This document shows, in pieces, positions 21,345 through 33,061 of a DNA stretch of 33,061 bases (positions are counted from its first letter, which is position 1; each line of letters starts with the position of its first letter). Location of the stretch: the NCBI RefSeq assembly GCF_001194135.2, contig NC_068987.1, positions 18,512,045-18,545,105 of the forward strand, given 5' to 3'. The position numbers and the translations under genes are program-made. This DNA comes from Octopus bimaculoides. Taxonomy: Eukaryota. A model generated the notes under the pieces. That model was not told the DNA's origin. It did no database searches and saw nothing but the letters and a program-made list of their open reading frames with translations.

Positions 21345-21525
21345 GTCTTTCCACCATGGCTTGACAACCGATGCTGGTGTGTTTATGTCTCACTAACTTA
21401 GTTTGGCAAAAGAGAGAATAAGTACTAGGCTTACAAAGGACAAGTCTTGGGGTCGACTTCTTTGACTAAAAAGGCGGTGCTCCAGCATGGCCACAGTCAA
21501 ATGACTGAAACAAAGTAAAAGAGTA
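21135..21525 (+). mobile_element. SINE family B, full length, tail 1
   Basis: AGGCCCAGGAGTGGTTGTGTGGTAAG head, internal (TA)n, tail ending CCAGCATGGCCACAGTCAAATGACTGAAACAAAGTAAAAGAGTA. Confidence 0.9.
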
Positions 21526-21848
21526 CTAATCTGGGGTGGTGAACTAGCAAACAAGACCAGGTGTACTATATAATTCCGCTCCTACACCATCTTGAAATTT
21601 TTTAACCATTTCCGAAACAATCCTGATATGCACAACTCCATATTCACTGTACCAACAGATCACAATGAAAATTATTGGGTTTGATATGGATTAAAGTCAG
21701 CTGTTAAGCAATAATAGATTTTTTTATAAAGTTGCCGGTTTACAAATTGTTTTCAACTCTAAATCATTACCTCAGAAGCTTGTGTGATGCTTGCTTCAAC
21801 TACAAAGGTTGACAGAGGTAACTTTAAACCCATCAGCCTGATCTAAAC

Positions 21849-22045
21849 AACAAAGGAACCTGTACACGTTCACTTAATCTGCTAGAAGTAACAGTAAATC
21901 CCTCAAATCATAACATGAAAATAATATTTTATAACAGTTCTAGATACACAATATCAGAAAGAAAAAAAAAAAAAGATATAAAGGGCTAGAATACCCTTTA
22001 CCTCAAGGGTTGTTAAATCAGGAAGTGACCTGAGAGTTAAAAAAT
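21849..22045 (+). mobile_element. Family F repeat
   Basis: AACAAAGGAACC..CTGCTAGAAGTAACAG..CCCTCAAATCA..CTAGATACACAATA aligns with other F copies. Confidence 0.55.
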
Positions 22046-23950
22046 CACCCAAACCTGGCTTTGAATTAAGTCCCCACCATCGATCACAAAATTCTTTTCC
22101 CTTTCTACAAGACTTGTCAGCACATTTCTCATTGTTGGGGATTCAAAGTTTCTACTGGTGATATGGTTCTGAAACTAAGAACATTGCAAACATGCTTCCT
22201 AAAAGCAGTTCAAAGTTCGCTAAGAACAAAATATAGGACTCCAATTCTAGGACATCAAAGTTTGTAGTTAATAGTGTCATAGAGTAAGATAAGCAGATTC
22301 CTGGGAGTCAAATCTGTGATAAAGTCTCAGAGACTAGTGTGGTTGCCCTTTATTTCTTATTGAAACTAACTTTTGTAACTATTGCTTCTTAGAAAAGAAT
22401 CTAGAATGAAATTAATTATACATCCTTGCATTAAACATTTGTTTAAATGGAGTATGTCCGTGACAAAGAAAAGCTATCAGTCCATTTGTCACAAGTATGT
22501 TGTATAGCTTGGGAAGGGTAAGGTGAATGCAATGTCAACCAAAGTTTCATAGTCCAGTTAACTCACAAAGTCTCAGCAAGCATCAGAAATTTGAATTTCA
22601 AACAAGATTAGTATTTTAGCTCTTAACCTGTGAATTACAAGTACAATATACCAGAATACCTAAAGCTACTGGAGGGCAACATATGTATCTTGTTTAGAAG
22701 TCAGACAGAGAGGGGAAGGGGTATTTTCGTTTTGGGTGCTATTAAAAATCTTATACATCACAGGTGACCCAAGATAAACTAAACTCAGAAAGTTCAAGAT
22801 AAATTAGTCTAAGCAAAAGACACATCTGATAAGAAAAAATTTAGAATACAGTGTTTGTTCTCAAGATTTCTTTAAAGGACACTAGTATTTATGAGTATCT
22901 CACTTCATCTGAACTAATAAAAAGGTTGCTAGGCAGTGGAATTAATTCTTGACCACTAATTGTCCAAGTGATATAGAGTAATGAATCAGACAATGCAGAC
23001 ATTAAAAGATGTAACTTCAGATATTAATATTAAGACGTTATGCAAACATTTAACAAATCTTTTCTCCTGCTATTACCCAAACATTAGTCTTTAAACCTGC
23101 CACCCTTAACAATTGTCAGTTTATAGAACTTGATAAGCTAAGACAAATAAAGCACAAAATCTGAATAGCAAAATTGTGAAGAGGTCAAGCTATTTAAGAG
23201 TACTGTATGCAGCTAACTTAGATTGCTTGTTAGCATAAGCTTGTCTATCAAGTCAGTTATTAAACTGATCACCTCAATGATATTCCTTGTGCAAGACTAT
23301 ACAGGAAATTAACTACTAAAAGTAAATCATTTAACTCCATTGACCTCAATCCACTCAAGATGGCCTTAGCTGCGATATGAAAACTGTTTTGAAATATCAA
23401 TCTTCAAGTTTAAGCCTTCTTTAATAATTATAAAGAATGTCAAATTCTGTTTCAGACACTAGCTCAAGATCAGAGAGGTTAGTTGTTTTACTAAATGTTT
23501 TGTGGACAGAGAACTTCATTATAAATATGGCCACAAAAGGATAAAGTAGACTTGTTTGAGACAAATATACTTACCACCAGGCAGACTATGTATAGGTAGA
23601 TCACCTCACCTACCTGCTATCATCCATTAAAGAAACTCCTTTTGGAAATATTGTCCATATGGAGGAATGTGGTACTGCTTTCCCAATACACAGCTGCAAA
23701 AATGTAACACACTAAAAAGCCATAAGTTTAAAAGAAAAACTGCTCTAATAGATCCAGTAATTAACCTTTGAACCTCCAAGACTATAAGATGGTGAAGAAC
23801 AAGCTGTTTGGTTTCCATTTTCTAATTCAAAATCCAGTTAATGTAAGTTGAAAAAAGCTAAACCATAGCAATCTTTCAAACAGGCTCCAAGTTTCAAATT
23901 TGATGTCTTTCGCAATAATTCCAAATAAATTGAACATGTACAAATTACAT

Positions 23951-24073
23951 TAATAGGCAGCAGAAACCATGCCAAAACAGACCAATTGATCCTGGGGCAG
24001 CTCTCCAGTTGGCCAACTCCCATCAAACCATCCAACCCATGCTAGCATGGAAAATGAATGTTTAAAGTTGATG
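23951..24073 (+). mobile_element. Family C repeat (shares 3' tail with B tail 2), 3' part
   Basis: AGAAACCATGCCAAAACAGAC..CCATCCAACCCATGCTAGCATGGAAAATGAATGTTTAAAGTTGATG. Confidence 0.6.
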
Positions 24074-24662
24074 CCACGACAGTGAATAAAGTTGCTGCAT
24101 GTGATTCCTCTGAAAAGGTTTCTTTTGTACTTTGTCACATGAATAAAAAAAAACATTGGTATTCTACTACAATATATATTTTACAGATTTAAATCTCCAA
24201 ATTACTCACTCTCTAAAGTGATTTAGCAGGATTGACATTTTCATCTGTCTGTACAAAAAGTGACATACAATTTTAAATACACAAGAACAGTCCAAGTGTT
24301 GCCAGGACTCAAACAAAAATTGCTTACAGTACAAGCTACAAATTTTTGTTTATGCATTTTATATTACAAAAATATAATCCTAACCTGTATATCCATAATG
24401 TCCTATGAAGCTTTTTCCCTTTGAAAGACTTGAGAATAATCTGGAAACAGAAGCCTTGTGCAACTAAACTAATTTGTTCCATTTCTGGCTATTCACTGTT
24501 CTGCTATAAAACAGATCCATTTTTTTTCTTTTACAAACTGGTAGGTGGACTTTGGCCAGGAATCACTGAAACACTGGTAATGTTATATTCCTCAGTACTG
24601 GTACCTATCCATTCATCCTGTCAGGCTTCTAAAATGTAAAAGACTTGCATGTAACAAATTTA

Positions 24663-24872
24663 ATCATCTTTTAACATCCACCTTCCATACGACCATGGAT
24701 TGGATGATTTGAAAAAGGGTTCATGGACGGGATCAAGCTCCAGTGTCTGCTTTGGCAGGGTTTCTGTATCTGAAAGCGCTTCCTAATATTGACTTTATGG
24801 AGTGTAGTAAGACCTTTCTTTTTGCATTTGTAGCACCAGCACTAGTGAGGTCACCATGTAGCTTGCAAGACT
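24663..24872 (-). mobile_element. Family C repeat
   Basis: ATCATC..TTCCATACGACCATGG..TTTGGCAGGGTTTCTG..TTCCTAAT..CACCAGCACTAGTGAGG aligns with 25612-25800. Confidence 0.6.
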
Positions 24873-25611
24873 GAAGCTGCATTTCAACTGAGTGATACTA
24901 CAATGGTGAGAGAGAAAGGCTTTATTCTAGGTGACGAGGTTCCTAGTTGTAGAGAAATTAAAAGCTATTTAAATTTAATTCCAACTAAACATCAAGGTTT
25001 TTCATGTCCCTCACTCAAATTGTTCCCTTTTGCAAACATTTGAGGATGATTGGTACATCCTATTTGCAAGGAAAATGGAAAATTCTCAAAAGTTTGACAA
25101 CTGTCCAATTTAAACTAAATATCAAAGATTAATATTCAAAATTTCTACATAGATACAATAGTAATTATGTGCTTGTGTGTTCTCACACAAAGTAATTGCT
25201 TCATAGCCAAGTGGTTTCAAATTCTATGTTAGTTCTACTAGAGTCTTTTCCCACGAGTAGAATTGGATAAACTACATGGAAGCTCATAACATGTGCCTGT
25301 ACGTGTTTGTGCAAAATACTAACATTCCAGAACTTCATTTGTTAACAGGCAAAACGGAAACCTCGTGTTTACCTTCTCTGTTGACATGACCAGCTGTTCT
25401 GAGCTTTTCAAGCTTAGTGGAATAAAGAAATCTTTACTTCAAAAACAGATAAGAGTTGATGACAGGTAAGGTATCTATGCATAAAATGCTACCCCAAAGT
25501 AAGTTTCTGTTTATGCTGGTATGAAGAGATGGACAAAACAAATGAACAAGCAATAATTCTTGACAAAAAGCTTTAGCATCTATTCAGGTTACCAGAAAAA
25601 CCATCTAAATT

Positions 25612-25800
25612 ATCAATTAACATCCCTTTCTCCATGCTGTCATGGGCTGGAAGATTTGCCAAGAACTGATGAGCGAAGCTCCAGAGTTTTGGCGTGGTTC
25701 CTACAGATGGATGCCCCTCCTAATGCCAACCACTTTGCTGAATGCACCAGGTGCTTTTTCCACATCAGCACCAGCGAAGCTGCCAAGTACTCACAAGACA
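25612..25800 (-). mobile_element. Family C repeat
   Basis: Reverse complement contains GGTTGGCATTAGGAGGGGCATCCATCTGTAGGAACC..CCCATGACAGCATGGAGAA. Confidence 0.65.
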
Positions 25801-26127
25801 GGACAACTGACCCTTCAGTGGAAGAATAGAATTGAAAGGTGTGAAGGCACAATAGAACAGGAGCAAGTGTCTTCCTGAAGAGGTAAAAAACACGAGATTT
25901 CAAAAACATGAAGAAACAAAATGCAAAACCAATCAACTGGGATGCTATGAATTAATGGATCAACCTAAATTAGCATGTGTTTATATGTCCTCTTGGATAC
26001 TAATCACATGTGCAGTCATTTCCATAGCAACTGTTTGGCACTTCAATCACTATAGCTGCTTCTTTTGGTCATGATGGAACACTGCCTTCAAGGATTTGGT
26101 CAAACAAATTCACTGCAGGGGGTTACT

Positions 26128-26375
26128 TTTTTTAAGCCTGGTACTTATTCTATTTGTTTTTCTGAACCACTAAGTTCCAGAGAAGCAATCAATCCAACTG
26201 TCAAGTAGTGAAGAGAAATATGACGAGCTTCCTCAGTTTCCATCTACAAAATTCGTGTGAGACTGGTTGGCCTAGGGCTATGGAAGCTACTTGCTCAAGG
26301 TGCCATACAGTGGGACAAACCTCAAAACCACCTGGATGCAAAGTGAGGCTAACCACACAGCCTTGATAACGCCTA

Positions 26376-26376
<1 letters not shown>
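26128..26376 (-). mobile_element. SINE family B, diverged, abutting an A34 run (26379-26412)
   Basis: AAGCCTGGTACTTATTCTAT (tail 1, reverse complement) and CTTGCTCAAGGTGCCATACAGTGGGAC..AACCACACAGCC (head, reverse complement). Confidence 0.75.
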
Positions 26377-26414
<38 letters not shown>

Positions 26415-26578
26415 AATGAGAACATGTCATTTGCAAACTCTTAAATCTTCGACTAGATGTCTCAGCAGTTAATGATCAAAAATGTGAGTACTTGCTTTAA
26501 ATCCATTCAACTTGGACAAAGTGAAAGATGTGAAGTATGCAAGTGTATATTCAGCTAGTGGCTTTTGTAATCACAGAT

Positions 26579-26868
26579 GGGGAAAGTGGCTGTGTGGTAA
26601 GTAGCTTGCTTACCAACCACATGGTTCCAGGTTCATTCCCACTGTGTGGCACCTTGGGCAAGAGTCTTCTACTATAGTCTCAGGCCGACCAAAGCCTTGT
26701 GAGTGGATTTGGTAGATGGAAACTGAAAGAAGCCCGTCATATATACATGTGTTTACCTCCCTGTAACTTAGCGGTTCGGCAAAATGGACTGCCAGAATAA
26801 GTCCTGGGGTCGATTTGCTAGACTATGGCAGCAGTCAAATGACTGAAACAAGTAAAAGAGTAAAAAAG
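26579..26868 (+). mobile_element. SINE family B with well-preserved head and internally deleted tail 1
   Basis: GTGGCTGTGTGGTAAGTAGCTTGCTTACCAACCACATGG..GAAAGAAGCCCGTC; TGACTGAAACAAGTAAAAGAG. Confidence 0.9.
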
Positions 26869-27109
26869 AATTTTAGAAAATAGAATGAAAATGGCTGGTT
26901 GACTAAGAGACTTGCTGCACAGAATATAATTAAAGAAGCAGGACACCGGAGCAGATGAAGGTTATAGATATATAACATTTTATATATATATATATATATA
27001 TATAGCTGATCTGATGTACTTGTTAGATACCATAAGTTAAGAAAAATAAGCTAAGTGTTTATCTAGTCCAATTTAAACATTCAGGATCTATACTTAGCTG
27101 TATAGTTGT

Positions 27110-27590
27110 ATGTATGATTAGGGAGCTTGTTTTGAGGTATGTGGTTCAAGGTACAATTTCAATGTGTAGACACTTAACTGGTGCCTTCTGCCAGAGCCAG
27201 CTGACCAATGCCTCACGAGTGAAATTTGGTAGATGGAAACTGGAAGAAACCAGCCACATGTGGTTAAGAAGCTTGCTTCCTAACCATGTGGTCACAGGCT
27301 CAACCTCATTGTGGAACCTAGGGAAAGCGTCTATAGCTTGAGCTGATTTAGATGGAACCTGAAAGAAGCCCATGTGTATGTGTGAACCCTAGTATGACAT
27401 GTGATGGTTGTAAACGAGCATCATATGTTCATTTTCAGTCCACAAAGAACATGTCTGCCCATGGGGAAATATTACCTTGCCTAAAACAGGTGAAGGTCAG
27501 TAATAGGAGGGGCATCAAGCCATGGACAAACTACCTCAACAAATTCCATCCGATCTATGCAAGCATGGAACTGCATTTATATAATCCCAT
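27110..27590 (+). mobile_element. Two adjacent SINE B heads (~27110-27250, ~27252-27385), the second continuing into tail 2
   Basis: TTTGGTAGATGGAAACTGGAAGAAACC; TTAAGAAGCTTGCTTCCTAACCATGTGG; tail 2 AACATGTCTGCCCATGGGGAAATATTACCTTG..GGAGGGGCATC..ATGCAAGCATGGAA. Confidence 0.7.
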
Positions 27591-27789
27591 TTTCTCAACA
27601 CATGTACACAAAAGTTCATGTCTTGTTTACAATCCTTCACAAAAGGATGTCCAGTTATTGAACTGCTTGTTGTTTGGAAGATTAAGTTGATGGAAATATA
27701 ATACTGGGGAAACAAATAACGGTTGGCAATGGGGAAGCACATCTACCCAATAAGAAAAAATACTTGCAACAAAGTTTCCTCGTAACTCA

Positions 27790-28153
27790 CGTGGATATCA
27801 AAAAATATTTCACTTTACTGTGCACATGGCTTTGGGCTCAGTCCCACTGTATAGCATCCTGGGCAAGTGTCTTTCACTATAGCCCTGGTATGACCAAGAC
27901 CCAAGTGGCTTTGGTAGACAGACACTGAAAGAAGCCCATTTACACACACACACGAGAGGTGTGTATATGCACGAGTGTATCTCACCATCATGATATCACA
28001 AGTGCGACCTAATCATTTCTAGTCTTCAGCAAAAACATGCCTGACCATGGGTAAATAAGATCCTTGCTCAGGAATGGGTTAAGGTTGGCAACTAGAAGTG
28101 AATCCAACCATAGAAAATCTGCCCCAAATTCCGATTTATGCAAGCATAGGAAA
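27790..28153 (+). mobile_element. SINE B head + (CA)n + tail 2
   Basis: GGGCTCAGTCCCACTG..TGGGCAAGTGTCTT..ACTGAAAGAAGCCC; tail AACATGCCTGACCATGGGTAAAT..GGTTGGCAACTAGAAG..ATGCAAGCATAGGAA. Confidence 0.7.
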
Positions 28154-28505
28154 GGAGACATGAAAATAAACAGAAAAATTCTTATTACATGGAAGTGAAA
28201 GTTTTGAAAAGGAGAACACGGTAAAAGAAATGTAAGCTCAACTCCTTCAGAAAGCCATTCATGCAGACAAACTAAAATATTCTTTTCCAATATCTCTGAA
28301 AAATTACTCATATTTGACTAAATATGAGAACACTAATAGCTTACTCAGGACTCCAGTGTTGGGAAAACTAACGAATAGTAGTAACTAGACTGCCAAACAT
28401 GCACTAGTAAACTAATTGTATAACTATGCTTGTTTGTGTGTGTGTGTGTGCACGTGTGTATATGTTTATATTTAAAAAAATGAAAAATTACTTCACAAAA
28501 AAAAA

Positions 28506-28511
28506 TTTATT
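28506..28511 (-). terminator. Candidate actin polyadenylation signal AATAAA
   Basis: TTTATT on + strand, ~430 nt 3' of the actin stop, followed on the minus strand by T-rich sequence. Confidence 0.5.
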
Positions 28512-28936
28512 GCATAAATATTGGCTCAAATGGCACCTGAGAATGTTGTAAGTAGAAGAGATTAGGTAAAAAAGACAATAACAAAAGATGTTTATGAGGA
28601 AATATTTGCATATTATCCTGAAATAAAATATAATTATAGGCAGAAGAATCAATCAGCAGACAACATGGTTTGCGGTGACTTGTAATGGAATCCTTTGAAA
28701 CAAATATAACAGCAGCATGGTAATCTCTGTCACTGTAGCACCAGAGAGAACTTATTTGATCAGTACACATCTAGGTCTTTTGTTTATAGCATTAGTTATT
28801 CTTGTCAGAGGAGAAGGGAGCATAAAAAGAGAGAATGAAAGGACAGAAGAAAGGTATTTAGGATCCATTAGGTTGCTGCAAGCAGAATTTCTTAATGAGT
28901 TTCTTAGATGTTTGTGCTGGAAGTTAAGCTATGTAC

Positions 28937-29916
<980 letters not shown>

Positions 29917-29945
29917 CTACAAAGAAAAGTAAAAAGTGTTAGTAT
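29917..29945 (-). promoter_or_regulatory. 3' splice acceptor of the phase-0 intron after actin codon 41
   Basis: Minus strand ACTAACACTTTTTACTTTTCTTTGTAG|GGTGTAATG: branch-like CTAAC, polypyrimidine tract, AG; the codon 41/42 intron position is widely conserved in animal actins. Confidence 0.9.
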
Positions 29946-30969
29946 TCAAAGGAATTGAAAATGCTTTAAAAAATATACGAGTAACATCAGAAGAATGAGG
30001 TTAGAATATGTCTAATGCACAGAATGTATTTATTTCTAGAGGAATTTATCCACTTTAGTCATTTAACTGCAACCATGTCAGGACAGTTGCTTAAAGAACC
30101 ATTCAATCTTACACGTTTTAGTCAATCAAATGTGAACGAAAGACATCAGATCTAATGCATGAGGTAGACTGTTCTTATACATTTCATTGAATTTGCCACG
30201 AGGGCAGTACATAGAGTAGCTGCGGGCCGGACGAAGACAATGAGATGAGATGAGATGAATGATAAGCACGACGATATTAATGGGAGAAGACAAAAGCCGT
30301 CCGCCGAACTCTGCTTCTCTAAAACACTGTAGTTTTATAAATTAAACAAATTAACAAATTGAGGCTATAAATCTCTTATTTCACAATTTCATTAAGTCCT
30401 TGAACAGAAGCAGACCCTTCCCATACATACCAAGAACCAGAGTCGAACCTGCAACAACGTTGCAAAGGGAACTTCTATTCACCAGTAGGAAAAGGACCAG
30501 AGAGCCTCTACATGGCTAGTTTTGTTGGAAACAGCCAAGCCTCTACCCTACAAATCATGTATCGTAAAAGGAGGAAGGGATGAATTAGGACACTTGAAAG
30601 TGACAAGCCTTAGATTATGAAGAGTGTGCTCAATCAGAAAAGAGGTGTTTGTGGAACACATCTCGATCGGTTAGCTTCGTTTTATAGACTGAAACAATCA
30701 GAAAAAGGAACTTGGGACTGAAGATCCACTTGTAGCATCAGTTTGCAACTGAACATTCTGGAGTGCAAACATATCTATCATACATGAACAATCAGTGTAC
30801 AACCCATTTGAAAGTTCAATTAAAAATTCACTGATCATGTACACTTCTATTGTAAGATGGGCAACAGCCTTTAGAATTTTATTCACTACAGTTTTATCTG
30901 ATCACAAAAGGCGTGTAGTTTTCGCTTTTTGTCAACTTAGCTGTGTTGGGATTTAGTTCAGATTGAGGA

Positions 30970-31020
30970 TGTAACGACGCGGCGTCGTATAGCAGTCAAG
31001 GACACAGCTGACGTCAAACG
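30970..31020. promoter_or_regulatory. Intronic CRE (TGACGTCA) plus 15-bp palindrome, candidate actin enhancer
   Basis: TGACGTCA 31009-31016; ACGACGC-G-GCGTCGT 30974-30988; CpG-rich context. Confidence 0.3.
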
Positions 31021-33061
31021 AAATTTTAGACAAGGAGAATTGATATTAGATGGAAGGAAAGAAGGAAAAAAAAAACAGCGACAAATCAGAAACGGACGTT
31101 TTTGCTATAGGACACAAACAGAAAAAAAAAAACTACTTTTGTGTTGCACGAAGTATACCAGAAATATAAACCGGCAAAATAGTCATGTGGATTCTCAGAA
31201 ACCATGTTACAATGGCAATCAGTTTGTCAGAGTAAACTTTTACTGTTACATCCCTCTTTTGCAACGGACATAAAATTCTAACTCAAAAGTTAAGGAGCGA
31301 CAGAAATAGTTTCGAAGTTTTTCGAAGATAAATTAAATTCCAAACAATATAAACCAAAAGAGATTCTGCTTGCTTTTAAACTTTATGGATGGAGAGAGGG
31401 TAGGTGGGGGGAAGCGCACGAAATTTGATCTACCAATGAACATGCAGCGACACCCCTCTCTCTGACGCTATACAAAACAGGAACAGAACCACTGCTGAAG
31501 CAGCAGCTACAAATGAATGAGGCGGTGGTAGGTAGAATCGGTTCAAAGAATAACGGGGAGGTACCGTAAGCCCACCACTACTCCGTACAGACAAGAATGC
31601 CAAATTCGAACTTACTGCAGGTTGAATGATCGTGTTATACACTATAAAAAAAAACTTCCGATCAAGGAAAAATGGTAATTTGTGATGCTTATATCTTTGA
31701 AAGAAAGCGGTAAGCATTTAGTAGGCGTAGTCTGCGATTTCAGACTAATTTCGATTGGAGTTAATTTACACTGAACCACCCACCCCTTCCTTCTAGTTAA
31801 GACCACTCATGAATTTTGAGAACTATGAGCTTTAAGCGGAGCAAGAATTCATAGCTGTGACACTAACAAACTGAAGCCGATGGCAGCGAAAAATTTATCG
31901 AAAAGTTCTAAAAAGAATTCGAGAAAGGGGGAAGTAATAATTTTGAAAGAATTAAAAATCTTAAATGTGAACGATTCCAAGCATCAATTCGAATAGCATC
32001 AATTTCTAATGTTAGTAGGTGGCGAAATGTGAAGTCAAATTCTTCGGAGCAAGAAAAAACAGGCTCGTAACAAGACTCGATCGACTACACCCAAGATTGT
32101 GGATTGATCGTCATTATCACCAAAATTAACGTTACTATTTAAATGAAGCTTAAATTTAGGAATGGAAATTACGAAAACTAGATTTGTCTTATTTAAAATT
32201 CGGGAATATAATTCGATAGTTTGTGAAAGGATTTTGTAACGATATCGTGCTTAAGCAAAGTAGTTCCAACCGAGAACTGAATCCCAATAACTTATTCTCG
32301 GTTCATACAGGAAAAATTCGGTTTTATTCCACTATCAACCACAATTAGCAAGATTCTTGGGCGTTTACACTTTCGTACAAGGGAGGTCACACATATCTCT
32401 CCAAGTGTACAGTTAATTCATTGACCGTAAGCAAGATTAGTCCTCAACTTTGACAATGAACCTAAAGAGTTCTAAAAAATTTTTTAATCAATCGATCTGT
32501 CAGATAAAGTAAAAATGCCTACTCAAACTTATTTCAAATGGCATTAATATCATGGATCCAATAACTTATTACAAATATAACAATTTCATTATTCAGACGC
32601 ATGACGTCCTCTTAAAATGTGGAGAGCGATACAGATGCGGTTTCCTCTTAAGAAATTGTTAGCACAGAACCATTAATCATCGTGAATTGGGTTCAATATT
32701 ACCGTCATTGACATACAGAAAAAAAAAACCCTTAAAATATATATTCCAAAAGGTGGTCGAGGACTATTTATCTAACGTGTCGTTTCCGTTCTAAGACGGT
32801 GAAAAAAATTAAATTGATGTTCACATCATTCATAAAGAGGAACTAGAAAGTGCTTTTAATTTTTTTAATGTGAAAAAAAAAAAAAAAAAAAACCCACCTT
32901 CACATAACGGAATTTAATTTGCATTTTTAACGCAAGTCCGTAGAAAGGGGAGCAACTTCTAAGTAGTATAGTCTTATCTAAAGCAGGTCTACATTTTGTC
33001 GATTTGGCTGTTCAGCACAAGAGGATATTGTCAAATTGAGGGGAAAAAAAAATTCATGATT

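Noticed and set aside
23566-23625. ATACTTACC as a U1 snRNA 5' end
   Set aside because: Following sequence does not match U1; better read as an antisense splice donor
24813-24910. Plus-strand exon-like segment with good acceptor and donor
   Set aside because: Stops in all three frames and overlap with a family C repeat
29917-33061. CArG boxes expected near actin genes
   Set aside because: No CC(A/T)6GG found on manual scan of this interval

Overview
AT-rich, repeat-dense eukaryotic scaffold with ten N-gaps (2530-2678, 4793-4802, 6451-7027, 7789-7877, 8561-8570, 10545-10964, 11605-11614, 12498-12548, 20486-21103, 29243-29559). The SINE families, microsatellite load and actin residues look like an octopod cephalopod; this is recognition from memory, not a database result. 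The only recognisable host coding sequence is the large 3' exon of a conventional actin gene on the minus strand (29916->28937, codons 42-375 in beta-actin numbering, middle lost in a gap). The exon with codons 1-41 is not in the window. The rest is mostly transposon debris: a decayed Tigger/pogo element (1203-3242), an RTE-like LINE 3' fragment split by a SINE dimer (12850-13765), a hAT MITE with an 8-bp TSD (17925-18184), a Penelope-like terminal repeat carrying a decayed minimal hammerhead ribozyme (9509-9545), a palindrome with ~157-bp arms (8491-8858), and about 30 copies or fragments of five short interspersed families (my labels A, B, C, E, F). There is a sharp CpG-depleted domain at ~21.5-30.1 kb and two motif-dense candidate promoters (~6.2 kb and ~11.4 kb). 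I see no complete novel multi-gene system. The most interesting leads are the hammerhead/Penelope cluster, the CpG domain extending ~7 kb past the actin poly(A) signal, and head/tail module swapping among the SINEs.
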